Source: Marsupella aquatica (lineage: Eukaryota > Plantae > Marchantiophyta). From it: DNA of 64,000 nucleotides. The position numbers and the translations under genes were made by a program. The notes beneath the pieces are model-generated. The model saw only the letters and a program-made list of their open reading frames with translations. It was not told the DNA's origin and searched no databases. The stretch is taken from NCBI GenBank assembly GCA_973895155.1, contig OZ316892.1, positions 24,251,971 through 24,315,970 of the forward strand. The letters run 5' to 3'. Shown here in pieces: positions 1 to 14,155 of this stretch. Position 1 is the first letter of the stretch; the number at the start of each line of letters is the position of its first letter.

Positions 1-9
1 GTGGCGCAG

Positions 10-2767
10 CATGGGTGGCGCTGTTGCGGTACGGGTGGCAGCACAGAAAGCTCTTCGTACGCTTGCTGGCCTGGTCGTTGTGGATGTTGTAGAGGTGTGA
101 CCAAATGTGTTTGTTCCCGTCGACAACTTGATTCGTCCCACTGTGCAGTTTATTGGATCTTGGAGGCTCTGTTACTGACTCTACTAGGCCAAAGTGAATT
201 GCAATCCTCAAAGAGGCTAGTTCTACCTGTGGGATTCACGTTGGACATATTTCAAGTAACTAGTGCATCTGCAGAGTTCCACGAAAACCGTTAATGACTG
301 CAAGCTGTTGTGAGATGTTCAGGGAACAGCAATGGCATCCCTGGTCCATATGCAACGAATCCTAACAAACCGCCAGACACACTTTCAGTCACTTGAGAAA
401 GCAGTGAGTTTCCCACTTGTTTTTCTACAACCAAACGCTTCAAACGATGCTACTACTTTCGTTAAATTTGTCTACTTTTTGAATAATTTGTTGTAAGGTC
501 ACTGGTTTTTGCATTTGGCCGCTCAGTTTTATACTGACCTGCTTCTGTACCTAGATCGAATGGAGTGTCAAAGGGGGTGCACTGAGGAATATTGAGTCTG
601 CCCGTGTTTCAGTCCCATCCACTTTGAAATTTGATGAGAAGAAAAATTGGTAATCTATCACCTCAAGAAATTTTACTTTTGTGTAGACATCAGTTGTGTG
701 GACATCAGTACATGGCCTATGACTGTGAGGATGGACAGCTGTCACGGTCTCATAGTAGCGTTTCAAGAGTACTCTCCTGTATTTCATTTTGAATTTAATA
801 GCCTGCTTCTGGAAATTCGCACAACTAGCGGTAACAGTGCGGTGTGTGTTGTGCAGCTATGTCTGGCTCACCTCATTGCAGAAAAGTGAAGCCCACTGGA
901 GAGGCTGGTAATATATTTGATCGTTGTGAGCTGGTCGAATTTATCCCTACTTGATGTGTTCCTTGCAGTTAGTGTTATCTACTTTTGAAAATGTGGATTA
1001 TGAAGTTGCCTGGAGTAGAATCGTTTTTGAGAGACAGTTTACAACTTGGTCGCTAGGCGTGAGATTATTTAGTAAGGCCTCAACTGTTGATACTCACTGC
1101 AGGTACGAGGGTCTTTCGGATGCTTTCTTGTCATGCCCTGTTGCAAAGCTTCTAATGTTGGCTGGAACTGATCGACTGGATAGGTATGCTCGTAGGCGCT
1201 TGGTTTTCAAGGTTTACAATATACTTCCAAAGAGCCCATTATACTGTTGGTTGTAATCAATGAACGGGAGACACATATAGCAGCCCTTAACTTTTACAGT
1301 GGATTGCTATTTAGGATGTACTCCTACCACCTCTACAAGTTCAGCCGTACCTTTTGTCCACCCCTAGTTAGTGAAACCCGTAGATTTGACTGTGTCAACA
1401 CTGTTGGGAAAATGAGCTGATACTGTTCTCAATAGTTCTCAACTGTACACAATAACAAAGGCAGAAGAAGGTCATGCCTGCACAGGTCTCCAATCCATTT
1501 GCAAACCAGGCAAGGCGCATCCTTTCCTAGAATTGTCAAATTTACTTATTATATGGATAACATGGTTGTCTCAATGTCTCTTTCAACTTTGTGACTAAAC
1601 CTGCAGCTGTTACATGAGCCAGGTTCCAGTTTCTAGATTTCTTCCTTCGATTTATACCTTCACCATGACTAGTTTTGTTCCCGGTTGGAATTGGGGACTT
1701 CTCATTTGATTTTCCTTAGCAGCGATATGCCTCATGAAATGATTTGGGTGACGATGATACCGGTCTTTGATTTATTTCCTTCTCTTTATTGTTTGCCAAT
1801 GGTTGATCGAGCTGGTGGGCTCTTGTTATGTCATCTGACCGAAGTTGACTTGTATTCTATTCAATAATGTTATGCCTAGAAAAAACCTATATTCCGTTGA
1901 CGTGGTCAATTTGCCATCCCAATCTTCTTTTGGAATTATGGTGTCGATAAATTTTAATTCCTTACTCGTGATTTCTTCAGATCCTTGACCATAGGTCAGA
2001 TGCAAGGCAAGTTTCAGATGATTGTCATCCGCCATTCAGGCCATGCTATCCAGGTTACTTATCTTGCTACCATGCTTGCAATAATATACTTTGCTTGCCT
2101 AACTTCTTCTGTGAATATTAGTGCCACTGCGGGGAGACACTGATTAACTTTGGCAAGTGGCAGAAGGGCTGCAAAGTAGTGCCAGAATAGAATTGACACC
2201 GTTAGATGAGCTTGATTACCAGCACTCACTTTTAATAGTTTTAGGGTACCAACTGAGACTTGAAGGCAGTCAGAGTGTCTTTGAAACTGTTTTGCACACG
2301 CGGAGCTTGGGCTGAGGGAAGTGCGGAAGGTACGTACTGACTTGCACCTGTAAATTCAGGAGGATGAGCCTGATGAGTTCGCAACAGTGGTATTGGGATT
2401 TATCTCGAGAAATCGGATTGGGACATATGGCTTGGAGGTACTTGCTTCTCTACTAAGCGCCTAGCTCAGTGTCTTCTGCTGCCTATGATATTGTCGACGC
2501 TTTGGAAAGTTATGGTTAATATGCTTTGCTTTAAAAGTCCATTACCAATCTCAATCAAGTAAGAATTCTTGTTAAACTGGGATTCTGTTAGTGGTTTTGT
2601 TTGGGCAACCCAGTCTTCGTCTGGTAAAGTGAAATACTCGTAATCTGTGTTGAGGGTGCCAAAGATAATAACAGTATTTGTCACGGATACTAACTTATAA
2701 TTTGTAATTTCTGTACTGGTAGATCCCAGGCCTGCGACGACCAATCCAGCTGAGATCAAGTAACTGA
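10..2767 (+). CDS. PPME1: Protein phosphatase methylesterase 1 (alpha/beta hydrolase), 3' part; exons 10-94, 323-403, 555-649, 857-907, 1103-1183, 1981-2053, 2360-2437, 2723-2767; 5' exons lie outside the window
   Basis: GT-AG exons splice in frame to (S)MGGAVAVRVAA...LAGLVVVDVVEGTAMASL...IEWSVKGGALRNIESARVSVPS...WRGWYEGLSDAFLSCPVAKLLMLAGTDRLDRSLTIGQMQGKFQMIVIRHSGHAIQEDEP...IPGLRRPIQLRSSN*. These are hallmark PME-1 motifs. Confidence 0.95.
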
Positions 2768-3860
2768 AGGAAGTGCTTTTACTTATTTTGTCCAAGGTAT
2801 TACTTGGTCATTCGTTTTCGCTTCCAATGCGTACATCCCTGAACGAATTTGCTCAGACACAAACTCCATTCGGGGAAGTCAAGTTGGGATTGTCCCCAAG
2901 GTCTTAAGAAGCATTTGTACCATAGCATTTGTCCTCAGCGGGTCTTAAATGGAGCTTTCACTCCCAGGCCTTAGGTTTGGGGTTGTGAAGGAGATCAAAG
3001 AGAGTTCGTTGCCAGTAGGGTTTGGTCAGCTTTGAACAAACCCACTGGGATAGATGACTGATTCTGTTGGGGCGAGTCTAATATTACAACACCTTTGATT
3101 TAGTTCTTTAACATTATTGGCATCATGGGGGAATCGGTAACTCTGAGTAATATTTCACATGTCACAGGCTGTGTCAAAAGATTGGTGGCTCGGTCAGAAG
3201 ATATTCATGGTGGCCAAATCCTTGAATATGCTGACCAATATAATTTACCTGGGGTCAATTGCAACGAACAGGTTGATGGGTGTCATGCATCTAGAAGGGG
3301 GTGGTGGAAAATATGAAATATGTTAAATGTTGTTTTCATGTTTTTTCTTCTAAATCCCAAAGCAATTTTTTAAGAATTAGTGTTGTTATGGCATGTGCAT
3401 GTGACCTTTATCACGGTAGTTGACATAGTGATTCAGTTTCGATTTGGGGGGAGAGATGTGACTCATTTCAGATGGGGGGGGGGGGGAAAGAAGTGACTCA
3501 TTTCATATGGGGGAGGAGAGGGGTCACTATATGAAGTGTTTTGTATGAGGGCTAATATTTTTAGGTTTAGACTATTTTATGTTTAGATTTATTAAATTAT
3601 AAATGAAAAATATATGTTATTTATTTAGTTATTTTTTAAAAATAATTATTTATTAGTATTTTTTAAAATAAAAATTTATTTTGTATCAAGAATGTTTAAA
3701 AAAAAGTTAGATATCTTAAAAATTGGAGCCCTAAATTTTAGGATCATTCAATTTGCTTTGTTTTTTATGTAATTTTTTCTTGTTTTTTTGTTTTGGGCTT
3801 TTTTTTTCTCTCTCAACCAAAAGTAAAAATAATGAATATCTTTTTGAGTCGGATAGAAAG

Positions 3861-4020
3861 GATATTGAAACAAAAAATAACAAAATGAACAATAGTGGAT
3901 ATTTGTTCTAAGATTTTCACAATGTACTGCAAGGTCCAACGATATTGAAACAAAAAATAACAAAATGAACAGTAATGGATATTTGTTCTAAGATTTTCAC
4001 AATGCATCGCAAGGTCCAAC
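3861..4020. repeat. 80-bp tandem duplication in an AT-rich, TE-like region
   Basis: gatattgaaacaaaaaataacaaaatgaac...gcaaggtccaac occurs at 3861 and again at 3941. Confidence 0.9.
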
Positions 4021-7000
4021 AATAGTCTTATTTGTTAACATTGTCTTCTCACAATCTTGTTATGGTATCAAGTTGAAACTATTGACTTCAATTTACCTAA
4101 AATTTCAAAGTGTTCACTGAGCATTGAAATTGAGTTACAAGTTGACTGTCTTTAACTCCCTGGCATGAACCCTGAACCTAAATCTCAAAACCCTAGCCTA
4201 GCCTAATCTAACATGATCTTCAATTTCTACCAATGTCCCAATAGCCTTTTTGGGTTAGCTTTTAAAATAACCCTCATGTATTCTTCCAATACTAAGCAAC
4301 CATTGAGGTCTCATGAGATTGGCTAACCCAAATCATACACCCATGTATACTTTAAGGTATTTTTTTGGGAAAAATTAAATCTATTATTTTCAAGTGTACA
4401 CTTATACCAATAATACAACAATAAGTGTATCAATTAGAACATGTCAGTGTCTTGCACATGATACAAAAAACACTAAAACAAGTTCATATTTATATTTAAT
4501 GAGTGCCTATAGTCCTTTTAAGTCAACTAAAAAAATTAATGGACTATTGTTCTTCTATAAATTTTGGAAGAATTCTTTTAAGATCATTTAAATGATCATA
4601 TATTTGATCTTATGTGATATGACACTTCTTTGAAAAGATATGACACTTCTGTGAAAGTAACCCCCTTAGTTGCTGACAAGGCCATGTTCATGCCATTTCA
4701 TGGGAACACACTAGAGTTAAATTGTACCATAGGCCTATTGGCCATACCAAGTCTTTGCAACACAAACTCTCTCTATCTCTTAAGTGTTTTGATAACAATG
4801 AGTTTGAGTTACTCTTTACAAACAACATTTGCATGTGTACATAACAGCAGGATAACTACCCTAATCAAGTATGCAACTACAATTAACCTAATTACAGGTA
4901 CAATTGTAACTTTATATCTAGGAGTAAATGCCTAACAATGTTATATTTGATGTACACCCTTAGAAACAACAAAAAGCAATTTAATAGTTGAATACTTAGG
5001 TTACTAACCTTGGACTTGCCGGTTCTTAATTTGTGTTGTAGTGAGTGAGTCTTAATTAAAGTATTTCTGTCTAATTGATGCAAGACTTGGGCAGGGCATT
5101 TTGTGTTTTGACTTTGGATGAGTGAAGACAAGGGCAATCATGTATGTGAGGGCGGCAACTGGTGGGGGAACTCTGCTTGGAAGGTTGTTCTTTGAATAGT
5201 ACTTGAAGGGTTCAATTCCCTAGCAGAGCTTGAGGTTGAGCATATAAACCGAAAGGTAGTTGAAAAAGTCACATCATTGTGGGTGGCATTGAATATGCAA
5301 AATAAGTAATCAAGATTAAAAAAAGCATGCTCTTGAGTTTAGTGTATGCTTTTGCTTTTAGTGTGTTCTAGGATTGCTATATGGAGAAACAATGTTACAT
5401 ATTTTTTTTTGGAGTTTGTTAACAAACTGAAATTTTGATGTACTCCAAGTAAAGGGATTTTCCCCAAATAAATGGTCTCCTAGATTATCCGATACCCTTC
5501 AAGCTGAAAAATAAATTGCAGTTGTCTTTTCTAGTTTCATCCCTTCAATATCAAAACCCTAAACCCTAGCCTAGAGAGGCATGACTTTGTGATAGTTCAC
5601 TTGAGTAGAAAATGATAGATCCTGGGTTCAATTATTGCAACTAACTCTTCCCTTTTTATAGGGTTTCACAAATTTCTTAAATAAATAATAAAATAAAATA
5701 TATGAAAACATTAAAACCTACAGCTCAAGGGTAGGAGCTGTCTTGCAAATAAACATGTCACCTAATACCATTATATTTTGTCTTTATGTATCCACTTCGA
5801 TTTCATTGAATGTCGAGGAATGTGATGAACGTCTAAATCAAGCCAAGCCTTCTGAGGATGATGTTTGAGTAGCTCAAACATCGAAAAGTAGACGAACACA
5901 AAACTCGAGCATTGGAGAAACAATTACCGTCGACCTTTTCTAATGCTTTCCCCTCTTAGCAATCGCCTCGTCGCCCTTTTGCCGATTCAGAAAAAGCCAC
6001 CAATGAGCACAAGTTCCTGCCTGGTGTAACTCATTCTACAGGTCGTTCAAAGTATGTACGTACTATCGTTCTCGGCTGATATACAGATATCGCACCACGG
6101 TCTTTTTAGCAAGCACTGACTGTAAACTCTTAGTTAGTCTCTTCGGGTACTCGTCGCTGTAATATTCTCTCCTCGTTGTGACCGTTTCAACGTTTGAAAC
6201 TCTAAGGAAGCCCGGTCAATTGCAAACGATACAATCTCATATATATGCTCGATGTCCATTTCATGATATGGAGCATTGATTGTGCATTGAGAGTGTACTC
6301 GGTCCTGCTGAAGCAAATAGTTATTTGCCCCAACTCCCGCAGTTTTATGGTAGGTCAGCGATTCACTTACCAGGCTCGCATCAGCATGTTTGCCATTCTA
6401 GATGACATCCCTCTCTCGGGTATTTTCTGTGTATGCTATAGTTTCATTTGAACGAGTCTATTGTGGGTTGACCATGACCACAATCTGGTCAAAAGAAGTT
6501 GTGATAATTCACTCAGTCACGTGAAGTTGTGATCATTCACTCAGTCACGTTGAGTTCCTTTTGAACATGGTTGGAATTGAACCGTGGACAACGTCCGTTT
6601 TGGCCAGCGTGGTGCGCATCAAACAATGCACAGAATTCCCTCAGTGTCAGCCAGACTGGCAGCTTCACGAATCCAATAATATTGGCCAACTTACGTCAGC
6701 AGGTACGATAGTGAGCTTTCATGTGCTTGACACACGACGGGAGACAGTCATATACCACCATATATACCGGAACAACTTTTGTGATGTTACAGGCTCGATT
6801 ACAGGGATTCAGAAATTATTGACACGATTCTCTGAAGCACATGCACTTCTCGGGTAGTAAGAGATAGACTCTAGCTACCTTCTTAACACCGTCCCTAGCT
6901 CGTAATAATACTTTTCCGCAACAAACACCGTTTTTCAACGGTGGCATTTGGTCGCTGTACAATAGATAGAAGATGCGTTCCTTTCATCTTTGATCGAAGC

Positions 7001-7265
7001 AACTTACTTGGGTTACTAACGGAACCGTGAAAATTGTTTTTTTGCAACTGGGTCGTTTGTTAGAATACAGTGCTCTTTCTGCCTTGAAAGAGTCCATTGA
7101 ATTCCATGCAGAGAAACAACATACAGCGGGACCTAGCAAAGGAAATAGAAAAGTAGTCTCGAAAGTAGTACACTTTCGCGTTTTCCGTCCAGTAGGGTGT
7201 TAGGCTACTCTGCCACTTAGTGGGCTTTTAGTTCTTTGTGGTTGTGGGGAACTAATGGGCCTGTC

Positions 7266-7568
7266 GGCCCTCTTTGGACTTCTTGTTACTCTTCGGTCTT
7301 CTTGTTGGGGTCTTTTCCTCTTACCCCTTCATTGGATCTTTTGCCTTCGGGATCCTGGCCCTCTTTGGTCGTCTTGTTCGGGTCTTTCCCTCTTACCCCT
7401 TCATTGGGTCTTTTGCCTTCGGGATCCTGGCCCTCTTTGGTCTTCTTGTTCGGGTCTTTCCCTCTTCCCACTTTATTGGGTCGTTTGCTTTCGGGATCCT
7501 GGCCCTCGTTGGTCTTGTTGGGGTATTTTCCTCTTTCCCCTTCACTGGATCTTTCATTTTTGGGATCC
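7266..7568. repeat. Pyrimidine-rich minisatellite, 72-bp unit, about 4 copies
   Basis: gggatcc recurs at 7349, 7421, 7493 and 7562 with conserved flanks. Confidence 0.9.
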
Positions 7569-10158
7569 AGTCTGCCGGTTCGACTTTTTTTTGTTCATTG
7601 GCACCATGATATGTATTTAGATTCACTATGTAATGACACAAACACCTCACTTTTCCGCCACCTATAAAATCTCTGGACATATTGGGTGGACGGTAGCATA
7701 TTTGTCTTTATAATGAAAACTTCTCCCGGACCAGCCAGGTGGTGTATCAACAGATATCATTACACATCGAGGAACAGCATATTATACACAATATCCTAGC
7801 TAGCGAAGGGAGACCAGGCTCTGGTGGACAAACGTCCGAGTGGGCAGAAGTGACGGAAAGGAGTCACTCTTTCTGGCACTCTAACTGACGTACAATGATT
7901 GCTGGTGCAGTTCAAGACTCAGCTTTCTACAGTCGTTGAACACTTGACCGACGTGGGTTCTCAGGCTAGTGCTGTCTATGTCTTCCGAAAGCTATCAAGT
8001 GACTTAAGGCCCCAAGAAAGCTCTGGTCCGCCAGTCCTGAAACTATCTTGAGGCTGAAGCTCTCGGGCAAGCATTCACGTTAAGATTCTATTTTAGCTCG
8101 TGACCTTCGAGCTTCGTCCTTTGTGTAGTCCCCGGTGTCGTCCCCAAAGGGATTGAGTGCAAAAGGCACTCATAGCGGACTCAAGAGCCTAGAGTTTGAT
8201 ATTTGACTTCATCATATTAAAATTTAGCAGAGTAGGGTAATATATTACTGTCCACTCTTCAGACAACCTTTCCAGAAAATTCAGATACCATAGTGCATGT
8301 CGTCAGCAAATCGGTTCAGGACTCCTACTGTAGTTTATATATATGCATCTTTTTTTAACACCAAAAACTGCTCTGAAAGGTTCTGCGCCAGTTTCGTCAC
8401 CCATTCAAGAAGTTAATGAATAGCCCAAATAAAATGGTTCATATTATATTTCCGCTTTAGTAATCTCTTGACCTCAACAATACATTCGACCTGATCCTGT
8501 TATTGACATTCCCGTTGCCAGTTATTTGATTATATTGACATACAAAACTAAGTACACTTTAATGACAATGTTACTGCAAGGAGTATAAATTAGGATCACA
8601 ATGGCACTTCTTACCCAACCTACATGTACAAGCAATTGTTAATGGCTTCATAGCAAAATTGGGGGAGATTGATAAAGCCCATCAATCAAATTGAGAAGTT
8701 TGCAAACCCAATGTTTTGTTGGCTTGAATGCACATACTCGTGGTTATACACATGTAGATTTCCTTGTGCAAACCTTTATTAATTCGATCATCTGGATGAC
8801 CTCCCCATCAAGAGTACGTTCATCGCTGTAGCGATCATTCGAATGCAGTGTAGTCGACCATTGCACCAGAGGTTCATAAGTGTTGCTGGTTCGAAATCTC
8901 AAATGTACTCAATCATACTACTAACACACCTTTGAGATTTCAACCTGAATTTCTTATTTTCTTGCCTCCTTACGGACAAGCAAGTCCATGAACATAGGTG
9001 CCGTAGATCTGGGTTCACATATATCATTGAGCCGCTCACAAAGTTATACAACTTTAAGGCCTAGATTTATCCCAGGTCCGTGATGTCAAAGAGGTCGGGA
9101 CATTTATCCCAGGTCCATGATGTCAAAGAGGCCGGGGCATTTGACTTGATCCATAAGCGACTGGTTTTGATTGAGTCCATACTTTTCGGGTCACTGTTCA
9201 AGCAATAAATCGAGAAGCAACGGACTGTTCATGATGTTACACACTTACGAGCACGAATTGCCTCCAAGGATCAAGTTAACATTAAATAATTTTTTTTGGT
9301 CGGCGTGTCACTGTTAGCACTACGATACGGCTCAAAATGATTCAATGGAATAGCCGTTCAATCAAATTGTTTCAGATGTAGAACGAAGGGATGTGATCTG
9401 CCGATCGAGATGTGGAGATCAGCCTCCTCTACGATTCGACAATTTCTGGCGAAGGAACGTATTTCCTATTTGCAGTGCAGCCAGGAATTACGGCCCACAT
9501 TTGGACCAACCACGTGCATATTGAGGCGCTTCCCCTGTGAGGCATCTGCTCTGCATCAGATCGTTAGATCTATGAGTAGGACACTATACTTAGAATATAA
9601 TTGGGACACGAAACCTTTCTTTAATCCGAAGGGATGGAGGGAGGTACATCGACATGGTTGAAGAATTGCCGACAACTCCCTATGACGTGGAAACAGAAAG
9701 GACTTATCACAGGAGAGTGGATGGGTGTGGAGTAGGAAGCTCTGCGGCGCTACTTTTCTACCCCTACCTGACGTCGTAGCCACATCAGTCCAACAAATTC
9801 GGGGTAAATCACCATAAAATCATCTGAAATTCTCTACGCAGATTCAACAGTGGCGGTCTGAACTCAAGGGATTGTCATCGGGGTTGGTGGGCACCGGACT
9901 TCGAAATGAAAGACATCACACGACATGCAAAGTGCATTAGATAAAGGTGAATTCACATACTTGTTGTCAGAAACAGTTTTACTGATTGGCTTCGTGACTA
10001 GAGAACTTTTTTTTTTCTTCCGTTTACAATCATGTCGTTGTTGTCGGTCTCTCAAGTGATACGCCCATAGAAAGTACGCGTTGACTCCATAGCGGGGTAT
10101 GATTAAGCGTGGATCTGCTTCCAGCCAAGAATGTGTGACGCATGAAGCATTATTGATC

Positions 10159-10475
10159 GTTGTTTCAAGGGTTGAACCTACTGTGGACCGCCAGGTTCCA
10201 TACTTTGCATGTCTTTACAAGCAGCCGGGGATACTTGTCTTTAATCCTCTCCATTGTTGTTTCAAGGGTTGAGCCTATTGGGGGTAGCCAGGTTACGTGC
10301 TTTCCATGTGACTTAGGGTTGCTTTACAAGCAGTCACGGATACTTGTCTTTATTCCATTCCCTCGTAGGGTTGCTTTACAAGCAGTCACGGATACTTGTC
10401 TTTATTCCATTCCCTCTACTGTTTCAAGGGTTGAGCCTATGGGGACAGCAAGACCACACACTCTCCATGTGATCT
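10159..10475. repeat. Cluster of imperfect direct repeats
   Basis: tgtttcaagggttga(g/a)ccta occurs 3 times and ctttacaagcag...gatacttgtcttta occurs 3 times. Confidence 0.75.
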
Positions 10476-11859
10476 AGAGCCCACTTGCATGTGAGGGGCC
10501 CTATGTTTTCCTGTCCTCAAACTGTCTGGCCCTCAAATGGCCTCATGTCAGAATATAAGTGAATGAGACAACGCTCCCTTTAGCCTTCCAATGCCCGGCC
10601 TAATGGCAAAAAATTAGGAGTGACAAGGGCAAGGGCCGGAAACTTTACTGAGGTCCCCGCAGAGGTCTTGATCTCAAACTGGAGAATAAAACAAAGCTGA
10701 ATTGGGACACATGGGTGAAACTCTGCCAAGGCAAGCTTTGCCTTGCACCACCAGGCAGCAGACATTGTTGTCAAACTATATCTGGTTCGTCTCTAATCTT
10801 TTGCGAATGTTGAGGGCTGTATTGTTGATAAGCTTCACATGTGAGTTGGCCCTTAGGATGGATTTACAAGAAGGACAAACAAATTAGTGGTGGAGAGGTC
10901 ACTTGTACAACAAATGTCCCCATCCTACGTGGACTACACCAGTGGGTCTCAAAATGCTAGTGTACAGTATAGTTGGCCAAAGTTGAGACCACCTCTTGAA
11001 ATGATAGTTTGAAAGGACCTCAACTAAAAGGAATTTTCATTCCATATTATACTATTAAGGTAGAAAATGGGAGGACAAAAAGTACACAAAAGGGAAAAAA
11101 TATATAACATTTGAAGCCCTTAAGCAAAAGAGGACCAAAGAGGACCAATACCAAACACTAAAAAGGAGGCAGGAAAAAACTCAAGAGAAACAGTGCTACC
11201 ACTTTGCTAGAGTGGTGAACTAATGATCCACATCTAACACAAATGTGTCAAATGCTAATGATCCCCATCTAGTGTCGTAACTAAATCTACTTGTGGGACA
11301 ACTATGTCTCTAAGGGGGCAAGTGTCTCTGGAGGCACACTAGCACCCACAGTGAGAGATCAGACGTAGATCACTCAAGCTTGAGTACATTGTATTGTCAA
11401 TAAATTTCATTGGCAAATGTGCGTGGGTCAAAACAAATAGAGGGTCGATCTGATGGGCCCCATCCGTCCATCTAGCGACCATTTTTGGTCAAAAGGCAGT
11501 CTAAAAAATGGACCAATTAATGGACAGGTATAGTAAAACACAATTGTCTGGTCATTTCTTGTTGTTGGTCTATATTATAAAGGCTCCCTAATAATAATGC
11601 TCCAGACCAAAGGATGGTGGTCAAGTACATGCATTTATGACAGAACCTCAAACATGATGAGACCAAGCAATGGTTCATAATCCCACCAAAGGTTCAGAAT
11701 ACCACTTCTATTGTGGATGCATTCTAAACTTTGGGAAAGACCTCTATCCACGGGCTATCCACATCACCATCTTGTGGGACCCACACAAAGCCAGGAAGAG
11801 TCAAGGAGGGGATCAATAGTTTTTATGTATGAACTAGCCCAAAGCCTGTGCAATGTATA

Positions 11860-12372
11860 GAAAATGTCAAGGCGAGTAAAAGATGTTGAGGTGAGGAAAA
11901 GATGTCAAAAAGAGACAGTATGTCAAAGTGAGGCAAAGTTGTTGAGGCAACACAAAGAAATGTAGGCAAGCTCATTCCGTATGCGTTTCAAAAAAAGATG
12001 TAGTTCTGTAAAAGATGTCATTGCACTAAGGATGTTGTGCGCAAAAAATTACATTGCACAAAAAATGTTGTTATGCAAAAGATGTTATTGAGGAAAGATG
12101 TCATTATGTATCCCACCATATTTGGACCACATTATATGTGGTCTGATGCCATATTATTACGTTGCACAGAAAATATTGAGGTGAGAAAGATCTCTAGATC
12201 ATGAGAAAATTTTGAGCTCAAGAAAGATGTTGAAATGAGAAAGGATGATTGTCAAAGTGAGAAAAGATGTCAAGGTGAGAAATACATGTTGAGGTCAGAA
12301 ATGGATGTCAAGGTGAGAAAGGTGTTGAGGTGATAAAAACATGTCAAGGTCAGGAAAGGATGTCAAGGTGAG
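11860..12372. repeat. Degenerate 17-19-bp tandem repeats (aaagatgtcaaggtgag), resuming after the MITE at 14333
   Basis: Repeated aaagatgt(c/t)(a/g)aggtgag units; the same motif appears at 14333-14355. Confidence 0.7.
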
Positions 12373-12529
12373 CTCCGGGGGGGGGGTCACTATGTGGAGG
12401 GCCATACATCACGTGCAATGTTTTAGTGTTTGACCCCCTAACTTATAAGTGAATTGTTTTTTGCAACACCCTTTCTTTCTTTAAATTTTGTACTTTTTTT
12501 TACTAAAAAACTCCTTAAAACTTTTCAGA

Positions 12530-14155
12530 CACTAGTACAGAATTCACCCTTAATCCAATTCTCCTCAAATTGGACCCCTTCGGTGGATTGTTGCAGTTTT
12601 TACCGATGTTCCGATTGAAGTCGCATCGTATCATCCAATCCCCAAACAATCGGGTTAGCGTTATCAGACCGAGATTGGACTTGTCCAATTAAACTAGTAT
12701 CGGAAAGATGCATTCAATTCAAAAGAAATGACAAACAATTGTCCAATTATGTGAGAATGGCATGACCATTTCCAAGTACTTCGCAATCGGAAACTATTGT
12801 GCTATTGTACTACAATGGGACAGGGGTCCCAATTAGAATCAAATCAAAAATTGAAGTGCGATTACCCCAATCGGCGGCCCTAGCGCTGCCCCGACCTGAT
12901 CCTACTCCTCCACGGGTTGCATATCACTAGCTAACTGGTGTATTCTTTTGTGTGAGGCTTCAAGTCTTGCAAGACTGTGGGCTACTAGAGATGTGGGCTA
13001 CTAGAGAAGTCAGGTCACCCATCCCAAACACTATTCCTCTCAATAGGTGCTTAACTTCCTAGTTCTTAGCTCTTGCGTTGTACATGCAACCTTAGGCACA
13101 TTTGATGCTTCTTATAGAGTGCTTGGGGTTTTTATACACCTCTGAGTTCATTTAGATCCACAGTTTGGGCCAATTCTTGATGAATTCTTGCGTATCATGA
13201 CATTGGGTTGCGTGGTCAATTATGAAAGCTCTATGTTGACCATATGGGAACCAATTTACCTATCAATGTTAGATCGCCAAATAAACCAATATCCTCCTCA
13301 AATTGCTACAATTCCTTTTGGGGCGTGGTTAAGTTCATTTAGGGATACAATATATATAGAATTTTGACCTAGATGACGATGAAGACAACTGTTTTTGTTG
13401 ACCGCAATAATTTTTTTCATCGAGTCAAAAGGCTTTGACTTACAATTTAACGAAAACTTTTGGTAACCATTATAGGGTAGTGCATTGTAAAGATAGGAAT
13501 GGCCATTGGCATAAGATTTCTCATCCTAGGAACACAGACTACAAAGGCTATGCTACACATGATTCAGGACCGGTCAATACTTTCCATGAGCAGATGAGGG
13601 ATGACCCTGGCCTTGCCAAAGGTTCCAATTCTAAATGAATTGTAGACACACTTCCAATTCCCAAAGAGTTGGACCCCAAAGTCCATTGTACCAACAATTG
13701 GACCAAGATCTCATTGTATTTGTATTGCAAATATGAATCCCATTGCCTACCACTTGGAAACAATTGTCCAATCCTGAAAACCTTGGAATATCCAATTCCA
13801 TGCGCATCGAAAACTTCCAATTTGTATTGAATGGCAACTTCCAATTCTAATTTGATCGGAAAACGTGCTTACGTTTTTCTTTGGAAAGGGGTTCCAATTC
13901 ATCTAGCATTGGAGAAGAATCAGACCAAGCGGTCCAATTGTTTCTGGCTTGGACAAACAATCCAACTTTTCCTACATCGTAGTGATGGCCCGTTTGTGAT
14001 TGGGTTGGAATGGTGATAGTCCGATTCTAGTTTAATGGCAAGGTCCGATATGCGTTGGCTTGGATGGTTGGATCGTACATCCAATTAGAATAGAATCGGA
14101 AACCTTGGCATCATCGGAAGGTGAGAATCGGACTAGGCCCCAAAATGTACTAGTG
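12530..14155. mobile_element. Non-autonomous CACTA (En/Spm) element
   Basis: TIR CACTAGTACA...TGTACTAGTG with 3-bp TSD AGA on both sides; internal ccaat/ccgat-type subterminal repeats. Confidence 0.9.
12922..13202 (-). mobile_element. Putative Cassandra-like solo LTR containing a 5S rRNA-derived segment (13013-13066)
   Basis: Minus strand agaactaggaagttaagc...gggatgggtgacc matches the 5S internal control region (A and C boxes). TATAAA lies upstream at 13131-13136. Ends are TGTCA...GTGATA; the TSD is poor (ttgca/ttggg). Confidence 0.55.

Noticed and set aside
1-294. 97-aa ORF from the ORF track
   Set aside because: It is the wrong frame across a PME1 exon and runs into the intron.
3440-3540. 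G-run motifs resembling family-1 MITE ends (ggggtcactatatg)
   Set aside because: No partner end or TSD found; too degenerate to delimit.
7266-7568. CRISPR-like array
   Set aside because: The units are whole tandem repeats with no unique spacers, and the context is eukaryotic.
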